Of a stretch of DNA of 64,000 bases, positions 46,108-55,791 are shown one piece after another; within the stretch, counting starts at the first letter, position 1, and every line of letters begins with the position of its first letter. Position numbers and translations under genes: made by a program. The stretch is from Spirochaetaceae bacterium (GTDB lineage: Bacteria; Spirochaetota; Spirochaetia; Treponematales; Treponemataceae). Location: the NCBI GenBank assembly GCA_017623685.1, contig JAGAOP010000016.1:2006-66005 (forward strand). The letters are read 5' to 3'. Below the pieces are notes generated by a model. That model was not told the DNA's origin, did not search any database, and saw nothing but the letters and a program-made list of their open reading frames with translations.

Positions 46108-47054
46108 ACATAAAACTAATTCAAAAACTCTGTTTTTTAGGTCTAGGACTGGGAATTTGCTTTTTAGGAGTTTTTCTATTTGCAAACATAGATAATTCCA
46201 TTGAAAAAGGTCAGGGTGGATTTGAAAGCCCCACAAGACCAAACCTTACTCCTATAGGCGAAACTTTTTCTTATACTGCCAACGAATTAGATTTTGAAGA
46301 ATATGAAGATACTTCGGGATTGACCTATTTTGCATACCGAGTAAAAAAAGGTGACATGGTAGGAACTATTGCCGAAAAATTTGGAGTTACCCAAGACACA
46401 ATTATTAGTGTAAATAATATCCGCCAATCCAGACTAATTCAAATTGGCCAATACCTAAAAATACCCTCAATTCCTGGAATTTTGTACACCGTAAAAAAAG
46501 ACGGGGAAGATATAAATGATATAGCAGAAAGGTTTGAAATAGCCCCGGAAGAATGTGCAAAAGTAAATAATTTGGATTTACAATTAGCCTCATTAAAAGC
46601 CGGAGACCAATTATTCCTTCCCAACGCCGAACTAGACTGGGTTACTCGCCAAGAAATCAATGGCGACTTGTTTAAACGTCCTTTAAAAGGCGGTTATTAT
46701 TTTTCATCCTATTATGGTTGGCGTGCAAGTCCTTTTACAGGCAAACGAACATTCCATGGTGGAATAGATATGGCAGCTAGAAAAGGAACCGCAGTTTACC
46801 CAGCATTAGACGGAACAGTTTTAGAAACAGGATATAATTCAACATACGGAAACTATATATACATAAAACACCATTCTGGATACAAAACTCTTTATGCTCA
46901 TCTAAGTGCAATAAACACAAAGAAAGGTCGTTTTGTTTACACAAACACAAAAATTGGGGAAGTAGGCAGCACAGGTCTTAGCACAGGACCCCACCTACAC
47001 TTCTCTATTTACAAAAACAATGTTTCTATAAACCCCATGAATCTTTGGAATTAA
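46104..47054 (+). CDS. LysM + M23 peptidoglycan DD-endopeptidase
   Basis: N-terminal TM, two LysM domains, HGGID, YAHL, STGPHLHF. Confidence 0.93.
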   Translation: MNIKLIQKLCFLGLGLGICFLGVFLFANIDNSIEKGQGGFESPTRPNLTPIGETFSYTANELDFEEYEDTSGLTYFAYRVKKGDMVGTIAEKFGVTQDTIISVNNIRQSRLIQIGQYLKIPSIPGILYTVKKDGEDINDIAERFEIAPEECAKVNNLDLQLASLKAGDQLFLPNAELDWVTRQEINGDLFKRPLKGGYYFSSYYGWRASPFTGKRTFHGGIDMAARKGTAVYPALDGTVLETGYNSTYGNYIYIKHHSGYKTLYAHLSAINTKKGRFVYTNTKIGEVGSTGLSTGPHLHFSIYKNNVSINPMNLWN

Positions 47055-47073
47055 ATATATCTTTGGTAATATC

Positions 47074-47158
47074 AAAGACGACATTTTATCTTTATCAATT
47101 TATGCCATACCAAAACATAGGCAATAAAGTTTCCTAAAAAGAATAAGATGCCGTCTTT
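47074..47158. terminator. Long imperfect hairpin between convergent genes
   Basis: aaagacgacattttatcttt / aaagaataagatgccgtcttt with inner tttatgcc / ggcaataaa. Confidence 0.55.
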
Positions 47159-47177
47159 TAATTTGCTAGCAACTTTG

Positions 47178-47765
47178 TTATATAAAACGCTGAGGAGGAG
47201 TAACTACCCATAAGGCTTTTACTGGAACATCTCCAATATTAACTAATGTATGGGGAACTGCAGCAGAAAAAGACACGCTATCTCCTTCAAATAACTCATA
47301 TTGATTTGATTCATACAAAAGTTGGGCATGACCTTGAATTAAATAGCCTAATTCACATCCAGGATGACCATAGGCACCTCTGTGGGTTCTTTCCCCAACT
47401 GGAACTTCCACCAAATAAGATTCTAGGGAATGTTCTTCACCTTCATGTAGAGGCCGAGCCAATTCTTCGTAAGCAACTGGACCTTCCTTAATTTTACGGC
47501 GTTCATTAAAACGCACTACTTTAACAGGTCTAGAGCGACGATATTCTTCAAATAAAAATTCTAGATTAACATCTAAAACATTTACAATAGCAAGCAGAGT
47601 ATCTATTGCTGGAGAAACCTTATTTCGTTCAATCTGAGACACAAGGCTTTCACTGACACCCGCCCTTTGAGCAACATACTTTAACGTGTAGCCTTTTCGT
47701 TCCCGAACGACCCTCAACTTTTCGCCAAAGTGGAAATGTTGCTTTTTATCTTGCGTGGATATCAT
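47178..47765 (-). CDS. XRE-family HTH + cupin transcriptional regulator
   Basis: FGEKLRVVRERKGYTLKYVAQRAGVSESLVSQIERNKVSP; cupin GHPGCELGY...GDSVSF...PH. Confidence 0.92.
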   Translation of the reverse strand: MISTQDKKQHFHFGEKLRVVRERKGYTLKYVAQRAGVSESLVSQIERNKVSPAIDTLLAIVNVLDVNLEFLFEEYRRSRPVKVVRFNERRKIKEGPVAYEELARPLHEGEEHSLESYLVEVPVGERTHRGAYGHPGCELGYLIQGHAQLLYESNQYELFEGDSVSFSAAVPHTLVNIGDVPVKALWVVTPPQRFI

Positions 47766-48816
47766 TATATTGTTTCTCCTTGTTTTTTTCCAATATGAAC
47801 TTCATGTAATGGTCTTCAAGAGTATTATGTGGACCCTCGATGTTTAATCGCTTGCGAACACGTGCATTATCTCGCCGTACAGTATACAGCATAAAAAAAT
47901 CTCTTAAATCCGAAGTTATATCTGTTTTTATGTGTTGACCTAAAAAGGTTGAAATTTCATCACGACCGATGGCGGAAATTCCTTTTTCTCGTAAAGTCCT
48001 TCGCAAAGTTTGAATTTGTTCGTAGGACAAGCCAAAAAGAAATTCTTCCATTGCCTGGGAAACATCTTTGTCATGAAGACGAGATTTTATAAAGGCACTC
48101 CAATCTTCATCCATTTGAATTGATATTAGCAACAACTCACTTGTTCCTACCATGGTTCCAAAGGCTGGAGCTAGATTTCTACGTGCATCCCATACAGCTT
48201 TTAGAACAGGAGCTGCATCAGTTACGTTTTGGTCGTTGCGGTGTTCCCACAATATGATTAATGCAAAGGCAATTTGTCTGCGTATATCCAAAGACATTGA
48301 AGAATCATCTATAAGGTTCATATAAACGTCTTCTACCATCAATGTAAATAACAAAACACTTGTGGCAGACTGAAAAGCTTTTACATCAGCTTTATCCATT
48401 CCGAAACTTTCTGCCAAACGTGTCATCGAAGAGAAAGTATGGTATTTTACAACAAGGAACCCTTTACCCAAAGTTGCCTTTGATGGAAGATGCAACATTT
48501 TATCGCCATCTCGGTGAATAAGAAGAGCTTCTATCAAAGTATACTGGGTTCTGGTTTCACCCATAATTATCTGTCTTTCCAATAATGATGGGAATTTAGC
48601 AATATCAGCAGCAAGTCGTTTCATATCTGAAATTCTAGTATTTAAATCTTCTAAAGTTTCAGGTGAAACTACACGTAACCTATCAAATAATTTTGTTACT
48701 AATTGGTTTTCATATTCAGTAAGTACAACAATATCAGTTGAAAAATCATTACTTGCATTTTCTTCGGAATCATAGAATTCTTCTATGTCTACAGACGTAA
48801 ATTCATTTTGTTGCAT
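47746..48816 (-). CDS. Hypothetical cytoplasmic helical protein
   Basis: 356-aa open frame overlapping the XRE gene by 20 nt; no recognised motif. Confidence 0.8.
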   Translation of the reverse strand: MQQNEFTSVDIEEFYDSEENASNDFSTDIVVLTEYENQLVTKLFDRLRVVSPETLEDLNTRISDMKRLAADIAKFPSLLERQIIMGETRTQYTLIEALLIHRDGDKMLHLPSKATLGKGFLVVKYHTFSSMTRLAESFGMDKADVKAFQSATSVLLFTLMVEDVYMNLIDDSSMSLDIRRQIAFALIILWEHRNDQNVTDAAPVLKAVWDARRNLAPAFGTMVGTSELLLISIQMDEDWSAFIKSRLHDKDVSQAMEEFLFGLSYEQIQTLRRTLREKGISAIGRDEISTFLGQHIKTDITSDLRDFFMLYTVRRDNARVRKRLNIEGPHNTLEDHYMKFILEKNKEKQYNDIHAR

Positions 48817-49095
48817 AATAACTATCCCAATTATAATATATTATAACATATCAAAAACATAAAGCAAGAGTTTTAATTCATCAATTCATAACATTCTATA
48901 AAAAATCTTTTTATTATTAAAACCAAAATCCTTTGCATAAAACACTAACATAAAGTTAATTATTCAAAATAATCACTATTTTTCCATCGGTTTTTTAGTT
49001 TAATTGTACTTTACTTTAACACAAGAATAATATCACAAATAATTGCCTAAAAGTTAAAAAAGCAACTACAAATTGGCAATACAAAAAACATTTCC

Positions 49096-49124
49096 TTGAC
49101 GATTTACCTTGGCTATGTTATCTT
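49096..49124 (+). promoter_or_regulatory. Sigma70 promoter of the tatD operon
   Basis: TTGACG-N17-TATCTT with extended -10 TG. Confidence 0.7.
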
Positions 49125-49138
49125 TATAATTGTTGGAG

Positions 49139-49174
49139 AAAGGAACTGTCTAGATTCTTTTAGACAGTTCCTTT
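49139..49174 (+). promoter_or_regulatory. 14-bp perfect hairpin in the tatD 5' leader
   Basis: aaaggaactgtcta-N8-tagacagttccttt followed by gtgttttg. Confidence 0.7.
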
Positions 49175-49220
49175 GTGTTTTGATATGTGGTTTTCACATT
49201 TATATTTTAGGAAGTAACCT

Positions 49221-49994
49221 ATGCAGTTTTTTGATACACACGCCCACATAGGGCTTATTTACGACGACCCCATTGAACAGCTAAGAGTTGTTCAAGATGC
49301 AAAGCAAGCAGGCGTTTCTCGAATAATGAGTATTTGCAACAGCCTTCATGACTTTACAATGGTCTATAACACATTAAAGAATGTTCCCGGAGTATATCAT
49401 GCTGTGGGCGTTGCACCTTCTGAGGTTAGCAACCCAGGAAAAGACTGGATAAAAATTATCGAAAGCAGTCTTTCTTTGCCAAATGTAATTGCTCTTGGAG
49501 AAACAGGCTTAGATTATTATCGAAAATTTGGAGATAAACGATCCCAAATTGAATTATTCGTTACTCAATTAGATTTAGCAGAAAAGCTAAAGGTTCCAGT
49601 TATTGTTCACAATAGAAACGCAGGCAAAGATATATTGGATATTCTTTCTACTAGATGTCCATCTGCTGGGGTTGTTTTACATTGCTATTCAGAAGATGCT
49701 GAATTTGCAAAAAAGGTTCTAGACTTAAACGTATATTTTTCTTTTGCAGGAAACTTTACATACCGTGCAGCCAGAAACCTTCACGAAACAGCTTTAAGTA
49801 TTCCATTAGACAGAATTCTTATCGAATCAGAAAGTCCTTTTATGGAACCAGCTGAATATCGTGGAAAAAGAAATATGCCAGCTTATATTTTATCCACTGC
49901 AAAGTTCTTGGCAGAATTTCTTGCTATGGATTTTGAAGAACTTTCTGCTCAATTATGGAAAAATAGCTGCAGATTCTTTAAATTGCCGGAATAG
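49221..49994 (+). CDS. tatD: TatD family hydrolase
   Basis: FDTHAH, GETGLDY, VIVHNR, VLHCYS, LIESESPF. Confidence 0.92.
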   Translation: MQFFDTHAHIGLIYDDPIEQLRVVQDAKQAGVSRIMSICNSLHDFTMVYNTLKNVPGVYHAVGVAPSEVSNPGKDWIKIIESSLSLPNVIALGETGLDYYRKFGDKRSQIELFVTQLDLAEKLKVPVIVHNRNAGKDILDILSTRCPSAGVVLHCYSEDAEFAKKVLDLNVYFSFAGNFTYRAARNLHETALSIPLDRILIESESPFMEPAEYRGKRNMPAYILSTAKFLAEFLAMDFEELSAQLWKNSCRFFKLPE

Positions 49995-50003
49995 TTTAAT
50001 TTT

Positions 50004-51026
50004 ATGCTTTATCATCCTGTCTCCATCGGTTCTGTGAACTTGTCGGGAAATTTATTCTTAGCACCTGTAGCTGGTTATTCTGACAGGGCATTCCGTTCTG
50101 TTTGCATAACAGGAGGAGCAAATTTTACCTACACCGAAATGGTTTCCGCCGAAGCTTTAGTCCGAGGTTCAGACAAAACTGAAAATTTAATGGCACGAGC
50201 TGAAAACGAAAGCCAATACGCTATTCAACTTTTTGGTGGAAACCCAGAGGTTATGGCAGCAGCAGTGGAAATAATTTTAAGCAAAAAAAAACTTTCCTCC
50301 CCACCAGAAGTTATTGATATTAACGCTGGATGCCCCGTACCAAAAATTGTAAAAACTGGAGCGGGCTCTGCCCTTACAAAAGACCCAGAGCATCTTTACA
50401 GAATTGTAAATGCCGCAGTGAATACTTCAAAGTACTTAGCCCAAGGAAAAACTCCAGTTCCAATCACTGTAAAGATTCGATTAGGCTGGGATTCAGATCA
50501 TATTACTTGGAAAGAAGCAGCTGCCAGTGCCATAGAAGCAGGAGTTGCAGCAATTACACTTCACGGGCGTACAAAAGCTCAAGGTTACGAAGGCAAGGCA
50601 AATTGGGAAGCTCTTGGTGAACTTTCTAGCTTTGTAAAATCCAAAACAGATGGAAAAGTACCTGTTTTTGGTAGCGGAGATGTTTTTTCTCCAGAAGCAG
50701 CTAAAAAAATGTTACAAGAAACCCTCTGCGACGGTGTAATGTTTGCCCGTGGTGCCATGGGAAATCCTTTTATTTTTATTCAAACCAGAGAACTATTAGA
50801 AACTGGGAAATATAACAATATTCCACCTAGTAAAAGAATATCAGCAGGATTAAAAGAACTAAAACAGTTAATTATTGACTGTGGAGAAATATCTGCCTGC
50901 AAACAAATGCGAAAAAGATTTTGTGCCTATTCAAAAGGGCTAGCAGAAGGAGCAACTCTTAGAACAAAAATTGTAGCAGCTGAAACTGAATCCGATTATT
51001 TAAATCTTTTTAGAGAATATTGTTAA
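50004..51026 (+). CDS. dusB: tRNA-dihydrouridine synthase
   Basis: LAPVAG, TEMVS, IQLFG, DINAGCP, VKIRLG, LHGRT, GVMFARG. Confidence 0.92.
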   Translation: MLYHPVSIGSVNLSGNLFLAPVAGYSDRAFRSVCITGGANFTYTEMVSAEALVRGSDKTENLMARAENESQYAIQLFGGNPEVMAAAVEIILSKKKLSSPPEVIDINAGCPVPKIVKTGAGSALTKDPEHLYRIVNAAVNTSKYLAQGKTPVPITVKIRLGWDSDHITWKEAAASAIEAGVAAITLHGRTKAQGYEGKANWEALGELSSFVKSKTDGKVPVFGSGDVFSPEAAKKMLQETLCDGVMFARGAMGNPFIFIQTRELLETGKYNNIPPSKRISAGLKELKQLIIDCGEISACKQMRKRFCAYSKGLAEGATLRTKIVAAETESDYLNLFREYC

Positions 51027-51101
51027 ATATTAAATATAGTAAAAATAGAGTTTTTAGTTTTATCTTGAACCAATAAATAATAAGTGATAGAATAAAGATA
51101 T

Positions 51102-52673
51102 ATGGGTTTTTTTAAAATATTTTCAGATTTTTTTGAATCACTTTTTTCCCATCCATCATCAAGTGATTCAAAAAATAGATCTGAGTTAAAAAAAATAGAA
51201 AATGATTTGAAAAGTCTCTCTTTACCCATTTATAAAAATGGATTTCTTCTTGACGGAATTGCAGAAGGATTTTATCTTTTGTATAAAAACACACCTCCTA
51301 TAGAAGAAATACTTGCTAGCACAATATGCCAAGAAGATTCCCATCGAGCAATTTCTTATTGCAACAGACTTATTATGACTGGTTTTGCCGCAGATTCTAG
51401 AAAAATCCTAGAAGAACTTTCCTACGAAAATAGAAAAACTGCCATTAAAGAAGCAAAAGAGGATTCCCATATATATGAAGAGCAGGAAAAAAAACTAGAG
51501 CAAATTCTTAAAATTGTACGCCAACCTGAATTTACTCAGATTAATGTAGTAATTGCAAAACTAATGCAACTATACGACATTTGCCGATTTAATTACTTTT
51601 CTGCACTAAAAATGTTTATTCCGGATTTTTCTTCAGAAATGAACATAGAAAATGTAGTAATTAAATCTGTTCCCATAAACAACATGGAAACAATGTTTAT
51701 GGATATGTACTATGTTTTTAATAATTTTCAAATTACTAATACAATGGCAAAAGCAATTATTGCCTTAGACAGTCTAAGAGTTGGCTACGCTGCTGTTGAT
51801 CAAGATGCAATATTCAACCATTTAAAAAAAATTTCCTATGCTTTGCGCCATATTTTTTCTACAAGTACTTTGTCAAAATTGATATGTCTTTCAAAAAAAG
51901 AAATAAATGTTTCATTGCAATCTGCTGAATACACAACAAATGCCATTCCCACTTACGTGGAACATTTAAAAAAGCAGTTTGAAGTAGATACTCAGCAAAT
52001 TAAAACAGAAATTCAAAATGAACAAGTTTCTTCGGATATAAATCGTATTTTTTCAAATGACGAAATGGAAATCCTTAATGGTTATAACGCAGAAATGAAC
52101 AACTACCTTCAAGAAAATGGAATTAATACATTTTTATGGGTTACTCCTATGCAGGTACTTAAATCATTTTTGAACACCTACCTAAACGAAAAAATTAAAA
52201 TTCTACTTAACGACATTGTTGTAGAAGGATATTTCAACAATCCTGCATATAAAACTGAATTCTCTAACACTGTTTTTTCAGCTTTAGAAGCTTCTGAAAG
52301 GCTTGAAGAATTTGAATCATCCTTTAGCCGGGGTGAGCCTTATGACATTGCAGTAATAAGAAGCTATGTTAAAGACAGTCACAAGGATCAAGACTTTTTT
52401 AAAAAAGTAACTCAGTTAATTACAGAAATTAATCTACACGCAAAAAAAATAATTCAAAACGAAACAACCTTGTTATTTAATTTGTCAAAAATAATAAACG
52501 AAATGATGGAAGATTCAAAAATTTCTAGCCCGATGAATATTTCTAACATAAAAATGTTACTTTTCTCTACCAGAAACAAAGAAAGTACGGATTTATTGGA
52601 ACATAAATACCCAAATTGGCAAATTTTCCTTGATATTATGCGAAATTATGCTATAATTGGAGATATAGGATAG
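51102..52673 (+). CDS. Spirochaete-type hypothetical helical protein (DUF5312-like)
   Basis: 523-aa ORF; own promoter TTGAAC-N17-TAGAAT 8 nt upstream; family name from recollection only. Confidence 0.7.
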   Translation: MGFFKIFSDFFESLFSHPSSSDSKNRSELKKIENDLKSLSLPIYKNGFLLDGIAEGFYLLYKNTPPIEEILASTICQEDSHRAISYCNRLIMTGFAADSRKILEELSYENRKTAIKEAKEDSHIYEEQEKKLEQILKIVRQPEFTQINVVIAKLMQLYDICRFNYFSALKMFIPDFSSEMNIENVVIKSVPINNMETMFMDMYYVFNNFQITNTMAKAIIALDSLRVGYAAVDQDAIFNHLKKISYALRHIFSTSTLSKLICLSKKEINVSLQSAEYTTNAIPTYVEHLKKQFEVDTQQIKTEIQNEQVSSDINRIFSNDEMEILNGYNAEMNNYLQENGINTFLWVTPMQVLKSFLNTYLNEKIKILLNDIVVEGYFNNPAYKTEFSNTVFSALEASERLEEFESSFSRGEPYDIAVIRSYVKDSHKDQDFFKKVTQLITEINLHAKKIIQNETTLLFNLSKIINEMMEDSKISSPMNISNIKMLLFSTRNKESTDLLEHKYPNWQIFLDIMRNYAIIGDIG

Positions 52674-52676
52674 CAG

Positions 52677-53795
52677 ATGGATAAAGAATTCTTTGAAAAG
52701 AAAAAAGCCTCAAATGCAGCACTTGTGGCAGAATACGAAAAGCGTATTTACGATTTGCAACAGTTGCTCGAAATATCTAAATCATTCTCTTCTGCGTTAG
52801 AATTTTCAGCTTTGGTTGAATCTATTCTATATGTGTGTATGTGTCAGATGCGAGTTTTATCAGCTGGTATGTTCTGTATGGATAATATAGAATCCAACAC
52901 TCTTTCTCTTTCTTCAAACTACACAGGTTTTGAATTAGATCCTGCTATAACCTACGAAATATCTGAAAATCATCCATTGTTCACACTTTTAGATTCAGAA
53001 AACAGAGCCTTTACACTAAATGAACTAAAGAAAAAGATGCCAAAAACTGTAGATTTATCTGTAATTGCATCTTTATCCCCAACCCTAATCGTTCCAATGA
53101 AATACCAGAATCATTTGAATGGTGTTATGGTTATTGGAGATCAAATTGATTTAGGCGAACCCATTGGCTTTGACGATGATGACAAAAAACAAATCTACGA
53201 CATTGCAACTCTTGCTTCAATGGCAATAAATAACACAATTTTGATTGAACGCTCTTCTACAGACATGATGACTCATCTTAAACTTAAGTACTTTTTTTAT
53301 AAGTCTTTGGAAATTAAGATGAATCTTGCCAAACAGCACGACATTCCTATTTCTGTAATAATGTTCGATATCGACTTTTTCAAGAAATTTAACGATACAT
53401 ATGGTCATGCTTGTGGTGATATTGTATTACAGAGAGTTGCAAAATTAATTCAGTCAGGTGTACGGGAACAAGATTTAGCAGCCCGTTATGGTGGAGAAGA
53501 ATTTGTAGTTATGCTCTACAACACAGATGCAGAGGGGGCAAGAAACGTTGCAGAACGGATTCGTAAATCCATTGCATCAGAAGACCTTGTATACGAAGGT
53601 ACCCATATGCAAGTAACCATATCTGCTGGTTTTGCAGTATTCGCTCCCACCGAAGAGGATAAAACTTCAATTTCTCCAAGTCAGCTCGTTGGACTTGCAG
53701 ACAAAGCCTTGTACGTTTCCAAACGTAATGGTAGAAACTGTGTAACCTTTGCCGATCCCAAATTGTTAGAGTTTCAGAACACTAGCAAAGAATAG
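52677..53795 (+). CDS. dgcA: GAF-GGDEF diguanylate cyclase (DgcA-like)
   Basis: GAF domain; DIDFFKKFNDTYGHACGD; I-site REQD; RYGGEEF; ALYVSKRNGRN. Confidence 0.9.
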   Translation: MDKEFFEKKKASNAALVAEYEKRIYDLQQLLEISKSFSSALEFSALVESILYVCMCQMRVLSAGMFCMDNIESNTLSLSSNYTGFELDPAITYEISENHPLFTLLDSENRAFTLNELKKKMPKTVDLSVIASLSPTLIVPMKYQNHLNGVMVIGDQIDLGEPIGFDDDDKKQIYDIATLASMAINNTILIERSSTDMMTHLKLKYFFYKSLEIKMNLAKQHDIPISVIMFDIDFFKKFNDTYGHACGDIVLQRVAKLIQSGVREQDLAARYGGEEFVVMLYNTDAEGARNVAERIRKSIASEDLVYEGTHMQVTISAGFAVFAPTEEDKTSISPSQLVGLADKALYVSKRNGRNCVTFADPKLLEFQNTSKE

Positions 53796-53800
53796 GCAAA

Positions 53801-54451
53801 ATGAATTTATATCAAATTATTAAGAAACCTTTCAGATACTCTTTTTTCAATGCTGCCCTTATAATTATTGGGGTAAATATCGGTGTATTTTTAATTACAA
53901 TTCTTTTCCCTGAGTTAAAAATTTTACTATCTATGAATGTTCTATATGTTACCCAAAAACATGCTTTCTGGCAGTTTTTTACATATATGTTTGTTCATGC
54001 AGATTTTTATCATCTGTTGTTTAATATGTTGGGTATTTTCTTTTTTGGAATGGCAGTGGAAAGATCAATAGGCTCAAAAGAATTTCTTCTTTTATACTTA
54101 ATTTCAGGTTTTTTCTGTGGAATTATTTCCTTTTTTTTCTACTGGGCTACTGGTGCTTATTTAGTTATCTTACTTGGTGCTTCGGGAGCAATTTATTCCC
54201 TTTTGTTAGCCTACGCCGTTGTATTTCCAAATTCAAAGATTTATATCTGGGGAATTTTACCTGTTCCAGCCCCTATTTTAGTGGCTGCCTATGCAGGAAT
54301 TGAAATTGGAAGTCAACTACTCTTTGCAAGAAGAGGAAATGTTGCACATATGACACACTTAGCTGGCTTTGCAGTTGCTTGGCTTTATTTTTTAATTAGA
54401 ATGGGAATAAATCCATGGAAGGTTTGGAAAAATACTTATCAAAACGGGTAA
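53801..54451 (+). CDS. Rhomboid intramembrane serine protease
   Basis: WQFFTYMFVH, HLLFNM, GASG (Ser), AHMTHLAG (His). Confidence 0.93.
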   Translation: MNLYQIIKKPFRYSFFNAALIIIGVNIGVFLITILFPELKILLSMNVLYVTQKHAFWQFFTYMFVHADFYHLLFNMLGIFFFGMAVERSIGSKEFLLLYLISGFFCGIISFFFYWATGAYLVILLGASGAIYSLLLAYAVVFPNSKIYIWGILPVPAPILVAAYAGIEIGSQLLFARRGNVAHMTHLAGFAVAWLYFLIRMGINPWKVWKNTYQNG

Positions 54452-55131
54452 TCTTAAGTAACCTATTATTATTTCTACTTAGTTTAACTTGTATTACCCC
54501 TGTTTTTCCTCAGTCCTCTTCTACAGGAAAAATTCGTTTTTCTATGTGGGCTCCATTGGAGGCTTATCCAGGAACAAAAGAAGCCGCTCTTGCAGATGAT
54601 AATGTTTTTTCCTATCCTATAAGTAGGTTAAAGACCACAGTTCCATTTTTCATCGAAGGAATGGTTTGCGGATGGGAATTCACTTATACACCTTCGGATA
54701 ACACCCGAAATGTTTCAGAATATTTTGAATTTGCACCTTTATATTCTATTTCTTCATTAAAGCAAACAATTACATACAAAGAACCTTGGATTCAAGATAA
54801 TAGATTATATTGTTGGGTTGAATATCAATGTTCACCTCAAGTAAATGCTTGGCGAAATGCTTGGCAAACTTCTGGCTACAGAAAAATTTCTGGTAACGGA
54901 ATAGGATTACTAACAGATGGATTTGATGGTATAAAATTTGCAGCACAAGAAGCATTAAAAACAGCTGTACGAGATTATGCTCGAGGAATTACAAAAAACA
55001 AACCTAGAAAAATTACTGGAGAAGTAATGATTAGTAATGCCCCTGTTATAGGAATAAAATCTGGAAGATACACCGTTTCTTTGGATTTCTATCTTAACAT
55101 AAATAATATAATTTGGTATAATACATATTAA
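54415..55131 (+). CDS. Exported hypothetical protein
   Basis: N-terminal hydrophobic segment; overlaps the rhomboid gene. Confidence 0.75.
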   Translation: MEGLEKYLSKRVILSNLLLFLLSLTCITPVFPQSSSTGKIRFSMWAPLEAYPGTKEAALADDNVFSYPISRLKTTVPFFIEGMVCGWEFTYTPSDNTRNVSEYFEFAPLYSISSLKQTITYKEPWIQDNRLYCWVEYQCSPQVNAWRNAWQTSGYRKISGNGIGLLTDGFDGIKFAAQEALKTAVRDYARGITKNKPRKITGEVMISNAPVIGIKSGRYTVSLDFYLNINNIIWYNTY

Positions 55132-55151
55132 TGATTTCCTTGGAGGTTGAA

Positions 55152-55529
55152 GTGCGTAAGCTTTTATTAGTATTTTTTGTACTTACATTGTCTACAATGG
55201 CTTTTTCTCAGGATTTTTATTATGCAGAAGAAACTGAAATATCTTCTCAAATAGAAATCGTGAAAGGAGAAATCGTTACTGATGAATTAAAGAAAGTAGG
55301 ACAGGTAACAATTCAGTATATGCCTGCCTATGACGAAGCTCGTTTTATCTATTCTTGTCCAACTCCTTTATTTGATCAGTCAATTGCTATGCTTGCTATA
55401 AAAGAAGCTATATCCTCTTTCATTAAAGACAGAGGCTATTACTTTTATACATATCTTAAGCAAGACGATACTCGCTATAATAACGATAAACAAACTACTT
55501 ACACATCCTACGTACAACTACTACACTAA
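55152..55529 (+). CDS. Exported hypothetical protein
   Basis: GTG at 55152 after SD GGAGG; signal peptide ending AFS. Confidence 0.75.
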   Translation: MRKLLLVFFVLTLSTMAFSQDFYYAEETEISSQIEIVKGEIVTDELKKVGQVTIQYMPAYDEARFIYSCPTPLFDQSIAMLAIKEAISSFIKDRGYYFYTYLKQDDTRYNNDKQTTYTSYVQLLH

Positions 55530-55544
55530 TTAGCCCTGTAGCAC

Positions 55545-55617
55545 AAGATGCTGTCTAAGAATTTTTAATATACGTTATTTTAAAAATATTTGATTTTTGC
55601 TTAGGCAGCATTTTTTT
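55545..55617 (+). terminator. Large-loop terminator
   Basis: aagatgctgtctaag / cttaggcagcatttt followed by a T run. Confidence 0.65.
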
Positions 55618-55706
55618 ACTTTCAAAATTTTCATAAACTATTTTTTTATTTTCGCGACATTACTATTTACAAGTTACACAATTCAAGTTACAAATAATCT
55701 TTTTTC

Positions 55707-55735
55707 TTGCCTTTTAAGAAAAAACAGTATATAAT
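55707..55735 (+). promoter_or_regulatory. Sigma70 promoter of fadD
   Basis: TTGCCT-N17-TATAAT. Confidence 0.75.
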
Positions 55736-55791
55736 TATCCCTAGTGTTACAAAAAATCAAACTTTGTCATTTTGAAAAAATGGAGCGAGAC

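Noticed and set aside
48817-49095. Replication origin in the long AT-rich intergenic region
   Set aside because: No clustered DnaA boxes. The only TGTGGATAA I noticed is inside the M16 protease CDS, and no dnaA/dnaN context is present.
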